Below, one piece after another: positions 58,201 to 64,000 of a stretch of 64,000 bases of DNA. Made by a program: the position numbers and the translations under genes. Source of the DNA: Octopus sinensis. Taxonomy: Eukaryota. The notes under the pieces are model-generated. The model was not told the DNA's origin, did not search any database, and worked only from the letters and a program-made list of their open reading frames with translations. Each line of letters starts with the position of its first letter. The stretch's first letter is position 1. The stretch spans positions 22,506,001-22,570,000 of the forward strand of contig NC_043001.1 in assembly GCF_006345805.1 (NCBI RefSeq), read 5' to 3'.

Positions 58201-61200
58201 TTCCGGGTTCAGTCCCACTGCATGGCACCTTGGGCAAGTGTCTTCTACTATAGCCTTGGATGTATGTGTGTTTGTGTTTGTCCCCCACCAACATTGCTCA
58301 ACAACCGATGCTGGTGTGTTTACGTCCCCGTAACTTAGCGGTTCGGCAAAAGAGACTGATAGAATAAGTACTAGGCTTACAAAGAATAAGTCCTGGAGTC
58401 AATTTGCTCGACTAAAGGTGGTGCTCCAGCATAGCCACAGTCAAATGACTGAAACAAGTAAAAGAGTAAAAGAGATAGCAGGAAATTATGTTTATAATGA
58501 ATTTTTTTTATCTTTCACTTGTTTCAGTAATTGAACTGTGGCCATTCTGGGACACCACCTTGAAGGGTTTAGTTGAACAAATCAACCCTGTACTTTCCTT
58601 TTTGTTTCAAGTTTTGTTCTTACTGTATCAGTCTCTCTTGCAGAACTGCTAAGTTACAGGTTTGTAAGCAAATGAATACTGGTTGTCAAAGGAGTGGCCA
58701 GGGAGGGGTAGACAAACATGTGTGTGTGAGAAGACCCATCAAACCAAGTGAAATGATAGTCATGGCCGATGCTGGTGTCACGTAACTGGCATGTATAAGC
58801 ACCCATTGCACTCTTGGCATGGTTGGTGCTAGGAAGGGCATCCAGCTGTAGAAACCAAGCCAAATCAGATTGGAACCTGGTGTAGCCCTCCAGCTTACCA
58901 GTTTCAGTCAAACTGTCTAACCCATGCCAGCATGGAAAGCAGACACTAAATGATGATGATGATACAGCCAGAAAAGATATATGTAAGAACAAATTGTATA
59001 AGCATATGTCTGATAATAAAAAACAAAATGAATTCTGAAATTAAACATAAACTAAACATAAAGGCAGCACCTCAAGATGGCCAGAGCCTCTTGTTGAAAC
59101 CAATATAAGAATAAAAGAATATATATTGAGGTTTTAGTTATGGAAAAAGGAATTGAACAATATAAGAACAAACCTGTACTCCTGGTTAACCTTATAACTA
59201 TAGATGTGTTGGGAAGTGTATGCCCAAATATTTCCAGACACAGGATCTTTACAAAGTCCAATGAATTTTCCAACCCTCTGAAAACATGAAAACAAAAACT
59301 GATGAGTTACAATGAAAGTTTTTTCTTCTACTGCTACATCTCTTTATAATTTGGTAATCCTCGTTGCCAGAGCAGCTGACTGGCTTCTATGCCAGTGGCA
59401 CGTAAAAAGCACCATTTGAATGTGATCATTACCAGCGTCGCCTTACTGGCACTAGTGCTGGTGGTACGTGAAAACACATTTGAGTGAGGTCATTGCCAGT
59501 GCCACTGGACTGGTTCCTGTGCAGGTGGCACATAAAATCACCATTCGAGCGTGGCCGTTGCCAGTACTGCCTGATTGGCCCTCATGCCGGTGGCATGTAA
59601 AAGCATCTACTACACTCTCGGAGTGGTTGGCGTTAGGAAGGGCATCCAGCTGTAGAAACTCTGCCAGATGTAATTACATCGTAATCTACACCATCTAAAA
59701 TGTGTCTTCTAGGAAATTATGCAACAGTTGGTTGCATAATTGTATTTATGCTAGTCTGTTGCGGTTAAATTAGGTCCCATATAAATCAATCTATAAAATT
59801 GTGCGCTTAGAATAAAGAATAAAACCCTGGTCTTTATTCTAAAATAAAATATGCCAGAATATATCGTTTTATCATTCTGAAAACTTTCGTTATTATTTTA
59901 ATGTTTGCTTTGCCATGCTTGCATGGTTGGACAGAGTTTATTGAGGCATATTTTTTTAATGGCTGGATGTCCTTCCTGTCTCCAACCCTCATCTGTTTCT
60001 AAGCAAGGTAATATTTTTCCATGGCCAGACATATTTTTGCAGAATATTCAAAATGAAAGCTAATGCTTGTGTCTACATATCCAACTGCTGTAAATTTAAG
60101 CGGAGTTTATTGAATTTCCTCAACAGCAATCAAAAACATTCACACATAGCAGAAAGTAAATAGAAGTAATATATGAAGGGAAAGCTAGAAATTTGTCTTA
60201 ACAAATAAAAGGACCTTTATAAAATTAGATTAAATATTTGAAAGTAATTTTATTTTAAACTGATAAACATAGGATTTGATTTTTACTGTGAGAAAATTTC
60301 AAAATTGTTTTTCCTTTTTTTTTCTTTTAAATGAAGGAATGAAATGAAAAGACAAAGAGACACTGACCTCTGGAAATACATCATCATAAATCAGTTGCTC
60401 ATTAAGAAGGCACACTGCTTTCATTCTGAAGAAGAAGAAGAAAATATGGATAAATTCTTAGATATTTTTATCATTGCAGTTTAACCCTTTAGCATTCAGA
60501 TCACTGTATCAAATGTAATGCTTATCAATTCACATTTTATAAAAATTAGTCATGTATTATCTTGTAGCTTAGGGATTTTGAAGATGTTCAGGACATTTAT
60601 TAGCAGACAAATGCAATTATAAAATAAATTTCATTGCAAACAAAAAGAGACAAGAGAGAAAAAAATGACTTCCTCATAAAAGCCTTTCAATATGTCATGT
60701 CAGACTGTTTCCTTTCAATTTTAGTTTATTTTACTATAATTATCCATCATATGTTATCACTGTAAAAATAGTTCATGCCAACAAAAGCAGATACTACCGC
60801 TAATAGGCATATAAATAAACCTTATTTTGAATGGCTGTAGGCCCTAATAAAGCCTGTATAGTTAAAGCTCTAATATAGTTTGTGTTTATACTAAATAACA
60901 TGCTATAAGCATGTTTATAGAGAATTTTTCATTTGGCGAATTTTGAGCCGTTTAGCTTAGTGTTCTTGTAATATTTAAAACAAAATCTAATTAATTATAA
61001 CGTCCTCTTTAAAGGAAAAAGTTTTGCTTGGTCATCATCATCATCATTTAACATCTGTTGTCCATCTGGAAGGCTGCACCAGACTCCAGTCTGATCTGGC
61101 ATGGTTTTTTTATGGCTGGATGCCCTTCTTAATGTCAACCACTCCAAGAGCGTAATGGGTGCTTTTATGTTCCACTGGCACAAGTGCCATTTGCATGACA

Positions 61201-62408
61201 CCAGGGTGCTTTTACGTGCCACCGGTATCTGCCACGACTGCGATTTTGCTTGGCTTGATGGGTCTTCTTCTCAAGCACAACATAATGCCAAAGGTGTTGG
61301 TCATTGCCTCCATGAGGCCAATGAAATTAATGTGAATAAGAAATATAAAAAAAGCATATACAAATTAATATTGGTTTCAAATTCTGGCACAAGACCAGCA
61401 ATTTAGGGGGCAGGGTAAGTTGCAATACATTGACTTCAGTGCTCATCTGGTACTTATTCTATCAAATCAGAAAGGATGAAAGGCACAGTCGACCTCAGTG
61501 GAATTTGAACACAGACTGTAAAGATGGACAAAATGCCACTAAGCATTTTGCTTGGCATGGTAACAATTCCACCAGCTCCCCACCTAAAATCTACAAATTA
61601 ATATTAACCCAACTATTAATATACAAAATACTTCCCTTAGATTAGATTTGAAGGTCTTATTATACACCGGGCTACTAATAAAGATTTCATCCATGTAGTG
61701 AATCTAGGGTGTCAGTTTGGAAGACCCCCATCTCCAAATTCCTCTATTAACAGGAAGCTTACAAAACATTCTTATTTCTTTACTGCCCTCAAGGGGCTAC
61801 ATACAGAGGGGACAAACAAAGACAGACAAATGGATTAAGTCAATTACATCGACCCCAGTGTGTAACTGGTACTTATTTAATCGACACTGAAAGGACGAAA
61901 GGCAAAGTCGACCTCGGCGGAATTTGAACTCAGAACGTACCGGCAGACGAAATACCGCTAAGCATTTCGCCTGGTGTGCTAACATTTCTGCCAGCTCACC
62001 ACCTTCTGCTTACAAAACACTCATCAATCCTATCGGGTTAAGCTGTATTGCTTCATCTATTCATAGCTTTCTAGACTGAGTTTTTTTTTAGAATAGAGTA
62101 CCTCGACTAAAGACACAACATAGCACTGGTAATAAGAGATGGACTGAAAATGGAACAAGGTGGTTAGGCACAGCTGTTTGGATGTTAATGATTTGACAGG
62201 AATGACTGGACATTTAGCCTGTTTTGGTGTCAGTACCTTTTGGCACGAGTGGCAAACATACAAACACACATGCATGAACACACAGAAATATACACATACA
62301 GATAGAGTGAGGGAGAGAGAAAGATATATAACAATTTATTAATTGGACACAACTAACATCTACATTTTCTCTTTCCCCCCACACAAACACACATAGACAC
62401 TCACAGAG

Positions 62409-62445
<37 letters not shown>

Positions 62446-62735
62446 AAAAGAAACATTAAACTGTCTTTATGGAGGGGGAACATTATAATTAAAATGTCTA
62501 CCCTCAAATAAGTGGTGCCAAAATGCCTTATACCTAGACTAAAGACCCTTCTACTGGTAAGTCAACACTACTACTGATTTAGACAACAGCAGCCTTTAAT
62601 ACCATTAAAAAAAAGAAAGTAAGTTACAAAAGGAATTAAAGTTATGTTAACTCACCTGTCAGGAAAAAGTATAAGAACATGAAATTCAGTGAGAACAATG
62701 GAAAGAGGTACGACTTTATTGTTGCTCTCAACAGG
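37088..62735 (-). CDS. VPS18: Vacuolar protein sorting-associated protein 18 (HOPS/CORVET core subunit); partial, 19 3'-side exons, ~650 aa incl. alpha-solenoid (clathrin-repeat-like) and C-terminal RING-H2
   Basis: Phase-consistent exons giving PLSIVLTEFHVLILFPDR, DVWRIYLD, SFEEIALRF, LVTWLTEIYL, LIASHGD, LFYKFSPVL, IHNYLLSLYA, YDLKYALRLC, LRKKLWLKIARHVV, LLKIEDILPFFHDF, CFFCGFPL..FPCEHKFHTDC, ECIYCG, IDKPFI..WL*. All are characteristic VPS18 motifs. Confidence 0.95.
38361..38419 (-). CDS. VPS18: VPS18 exon (RING C-half)
   Basis: ttcag|TELDEIIGAECIYCGDMMIK|gtaatt. Confidence 0.92.
38506..38631 (-). CDS. VPS18: VPS18 exon
   Basis: tttag|VVPNLSVSKKKKIEELQKKVKEPRIQNLLLTIHGNQSETNIK|gtatga. Confidence 0.85.
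39041..39158 (-). CDS. VPS18: VPS18 exon (RING-H2 N-half)
   Basis: tgcag|FVFVKTQDKCFFCGFPLMTQSFHVFPCEHKFHTDCLISE|gtaagt. Confidence 0.94.
39650..39958 (+). mobile_element. SINE C
   Basis: Match to 33801. Confidence 0.8.
40663..40784 (-). CDS. VPS18: VPS18 exon (coiled coil)
   Basis: tacag|DAIISSLEKYNEHIDSLKEEMDRATKSAEEIRREIQSFRNK|gtattc. Confidence 0.92.
40865..41645 (-). mobile_element. Old SINE A split by a LINE fragment
   Basis: Tail half 40865-41135, head half 41540-41645. Confidence 0.7.
41136..41539 (+). mobile_element. 5'-truncated RTE/RTEX-like LINE with (TGA)n tail and ATTATT TSD
   Basis: GSETWML..RLNGTYT..LLW..YPDVISRDTG..AMMDCDVW. Confidence 0.75.
41785..41912 (-). CDS. VPS18: VPS18 exon
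   Basis: ttcag|ARHVVEEEKDVKRAMEFLRECDLLKIEDILPFFHDFVIIDDFK|gttagg. Confidence 0.94.
42553..42637 (-). CDS. VPS18: VPS18 exon
   Basis: ttcag|INVDLAKEQASKPDEEDNELRKKLWLKI|gtaact. Confidence 0.93.
42721..42990. repeat. Foldback inverted repeat, ~125-bp arms, hammerhead-like motif at inner edge
   Basis: ttttcctaaaattttcgttgcgtcttgcaaccttttca / tgaaaaggttgcaagacgcaacgaaaattttaggaaaa; outer arms also complementary. Confidence 0.9.
43242..43373 (-). CDS. VPS18: VPS18 exon (AAG acceptor)
   Basis: ccaaag|EPEHVCYDLKYALRLCLE...YEEAVELALT|gtaagt. Confidence 0.9.
43746..43886 (-). CDS. VPS18: VPS18 exon
   Basis: tatag|GNQAIQYLKFCVEEL...IHNYLLSLYARL...SQGQ|gtaagc. Confidence 0.93.
44223..44378 (-). CDS. 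VPS18: VPS18 exon
   Basis: gacag|NQMELFYKFSPVLMQHIP...LIPSLVQYDSKKHHEQ|gtacgt. Confidence 0.93.
44821..44986. mobile_element. pogo/Tigger-like MITE
   Basis: TA-ccgtatttacttgtgt...acacaagtaaatatgg inverted termini. Confidence 0.6.
45095..45470 (-). mobile_element. SINE A
   Basis: Match. Confidence 0.9.
46160..46660 (-). mobile_element. RTE LINE 3' end (degenerate ORF2 tail + 3' UTR)
   Basis: Similar to 53895-54400: GRPRKTW-like segment and family E tail. Confidence 0.7.
47019..47301 (-). mobile_element. Solo-LTR-like element (~283 bp)
   Basis: TGTTGTG...ACTACA termini; truncates an adjacent family E copy (46885-47018); no TSD. Confidence 0.35.
47309..47529. mobile_element. piggyBac-type MITE with TTAA TSD
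   Basis: TTAA-CCCTTTAG...CTAAAGGG-TTAA. Confidence 0.88.
47542..47615 (-). CDS. VPS18: VPS18 exon
   Basis: ttcag|DFERVISHYIQHEYYKVALEVLNEQ|gtaagt. Confidence 0.92.
47745..47965 (+). mobile_element. SINE D
   Basis: Match. Confidence 0.75.
48385..48743 (-). mobile_element. SINE A
   Basis: Match. Confidence 0.85.
49060..49240 (-). mobile_element. SINE D (older copy)
   Basis: Match. Confidence 0.65.
49636..49729 (-). CDS. VPS18: VPS18 exon
   Basis: ttcag|ECVCNNRQVIYDLIASHGDVEDLMYFARLMK|gtaatt. Confidence 0.92.
49942..50240 (+). mobile_element. SINE B2 with ~13-bp TSD (AGTTGA(T/A)TGTGTG)
   Basis: Flanks at 49929-49941 and 50241-50253. Confidence 0.85.
50807..50959 (-). CDS. VPS18: VPS18 exon
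   Basis: tgtag|DRTQMTMLVTWLTEIYLNQLGEL...FLNQSIIK|gtaaat. Confidence 0.92.
51931..52230 (+). mobile_element. SINE B2
   Basis: Match. Confidence 0.85.
52883..53018 (-). CDS. VPS18: VPS18 exon
   Basis: tgtag|YKESAVMYANTESSFEEIALRF...KLNSLRVQ|gtaagt. Confidence 0.92.
53310..53545 (-). mobile_element. SINE C
   Basis: Match. Confidence 0.75.
53895..55850 (-). mobile_element. RTE-clade LINE, degenerate RT + Cys-rich finger + C-terminus + 3' UTR, interrupted by SINE A
   Basis: DEMQ...STTDAIFLVRQL..PLYLVFVD.EKAF; QGSVL; CPWELLYA(G)DDL; LRVNLAKT..WPCSICRK..CTQC|HRRCS..FVCGRC; family E tail. Confidence 0.85.
54837..55215 (-). mobile_element. SINE A inserted in the RTE LINE (TGCACT TSD)
   Basis: tgcact at 54831-54836 and 55220-55225. 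Confidence 0.9.
55870..56278 (+). mobile_element. SINE A, full length
   Basis: Match. Confidence 0.9.
56340..56545 (+). mobile_element. SINE D (older copy)
   Basis: Match. Confidence 0.65.
56720..56784 (-). CDS. VPS18: VPS18 exon
   Basis: ttttag|DNRMQLDEVMTKEADHLFSLK|gtaagt. Confidence 0.9.
57787..57847 (-). CDS. VPS18: VPS18 exon
   Basis: ttgcag|DVWRIYLDQGKFDQAKEYCR|gtaata. Confidence 0.92.
58152..58474 (+). mobile_element. SINE A with internal deletion
   Basis: Lacks the ~60-bp gccttgtgagtgg..cccgtcg segment. Confidence 0.88.
58770..58962 (+). mobile_element. Family E
   Basis: Match. Confidence 0.75.
59174..59277 (-). CDS. VPS18: VPS18 exon
   Basis: tttcag|RVGKFIGLCKDPVSGNIWAYTSQHIYSYKVNQEYR|gtttgt. 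Confidence 0.9.
59380..59670 (+). mobile_element. Family E with four ~62-bp tandem subunits
   Basis: Repeated gccagtggcacgtaaaaagcacc units. Confidence 0.75.
60368..60425 (-). CDS. VPS18: VPS18 exon
   Basis: ttcag|MKAVCLLNEQLIYDDVFPE|gtcagt. Confidence 0.9.
61030..61320 (-). mobile_element. Family E
   Basis: Match. Confidence 0.7.
61370..62005 (-). mobile_element. Two SINE D copies (61370-61590, 61790-62005)
   Basis: Match to 7733-7948. Confidence 0.75.
62656..62735 (-). CDS. VPS18: VPS18 most 5' exon in window (5' boundary uncertain)
   Basis: (Y)PVESNNKVVPLSIVLTEFHVLILFPDR|gtgag; no canonical YAG acceptor nearby (see findings). Confidence 0.75.
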
Positions 62736-62966
62736 GTAATTGAAATGGTTCAGGAAAATAAGTTTTTTTAAAAGCATCATACATGTATTTGTTTTGTAAG
62801 ATTCTTGGAAGTAAAATCTTGTATTGAAACTTGGAGATGAATATAAAGTAAAAAAAAAATAAGCAATTACATAGAAGAGGAGATACATGAGAGCCACATT
62901 ATCATTGATAAGGTCATGGGCTGTGATGAAAGAGCTTTGATAATTTAGGTAATTAAATGACTAATC

Positions 62967-63383
62967 GGCGCAGGAGTGGCTGTGTGGTAAGTAGCTTGCT
63001 AACCAACCACATGGTTCCGGGTTCAGTCCTACTGCATGGCATCTTGGGCAAGTGTCTTCTGTTATAGCCCCGGGCCGACCAATGCCTTGTGAGTGGATTT
63101 GGTAGACGGAAACTGAAAGAAGCCTGTCGTATATATGTATATATATATATATACAAGTGTGTGTGTATATGTTTGTGTGTCTGTGTTTGTTCCCTTAGCA
63201 TTGCTTGACAACCGATGCTGGTGTGTTTACGTCCCCGTCACTTAGCGGTTCGGCAAAACAGACCGATAGAATAAGTACTGGGCTTACAAAGAATAAGTCC
63301 CGGTGTCGATTTGCTCGACTAAAGGCGGTGCTCCAGCATGGCCGCAGTCAAATGACTGAAACAAGTAAAAGAGTAAAAGAGAG
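62967..63383 (+). mobile_element. SINE A, full length
   Basis: Match. Confidence 0.9.
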
Positions 63384-63614
63384 TAATCATCTAATTAACT
63401 GGCAATAAAATTGAAGTGAAATACAATCAGTGCATGTGCTTTGTTGACAATATGACCTATGCTTAAGTAACCATATTCTTAAAAAATATTTTTAAAAAAT
63501 ATCAAGACCATCAATTTACAAAAGATTTTAAGTGTTATTCTTTGGTTTGAATAGTTCAAAGTTGGTATAAACAACCATTCTAACACATTAGAAAAAGACT
63601 ACAATATTGTCATG

Positions 63615-63813
63615 CCAACCACTCTGTGAGTGTAAAAAGCACCCACTACACTCACGGAGTGGTTGGCGTTAGGAAGGGCATCCAGCTGTAGAAAACACTG
63701 CCAGATCAGACTGGAGCCTGGTGCAGCCTTCTGGCTTCCCAGACCCCTGTCGAACCGTCCAACCCATACTAGCATGGAAAACGGACGTTAAACGATGATG
63801 ATGATGATGATGA
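63615..63813 (+). mobile_element. Family E
   Basis: Match, (GAT)n tail. Confidence 0.8.
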
Positions 63814-64000
63814 CAATGTGTCAGTAAACATGTGAATCAATGGAGTAATAAGATATCATTACAATGGTATTTTACATGACATTACAGGAATCTTTCTTTC
63901 ATTTTCCATTTATCCTTCTGATATCATCATTTAACATGTGGCTTCCATGCTGGCATAGGTTGGATGGTTTGACAGGAACTGGCAAACCAAAGAACTTCAT

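Noticed and set aside
59385-59625. CRISPR-like look: repeated GCCAGTGGCACGTAAAAAGCACC with ~38-nt gaps (also 22290-22450)
   Set aside because: The gaps are homologous to each other (tandem ~62-bp units in a LINE 3' UTR), the DNA is eukaryotic and there are no cas genes.

Overview
AT-rich, microsatellite- and SINE-dense animal genomic DNA. The repeat families and gene style point to an octopus/coleoid cephalopod (inference; no search run). Two convergent, intron-rich genes were reconstructed by hand. (1) SERGEF/DelGEF-like RCC1-repeat protein, + strand, 10 exons, 18090-36754, ~384 aa, with an apparent 1-nt deletion frameshift in exon 8. (2) The 3' two-thirds of VPS18, - strand, 19 exons in the window, ~62735 to stop at 37088; the 5' exons lie beyond the window. 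The stop codons are 333 bp apart, with facing poly(A) signals. Positions 1-17.7 kb are intergenic and full of transposon debris: mariner DD34D, maT DD37D, hAT, Helitrons, RTE and CR1-type LINEs, a Penelope-like GIY-YIG remnant, piggyBac/pogo-like MITEs and four tRNA-derived SINE families. The most notable signal is a set of minimal type-I hammerhead-ribozyme-like motifs with palindromic stem III. One has an intact catalytic core (16409-16453), several are decayed, and four sit at the tips of long foldback inverted repeats, three of them inside introns of the two genes. Most entries in the supplied ORF track are microsatellite or SINE artefacts. Repeat boundaries are approximate (about 10-20 bp).
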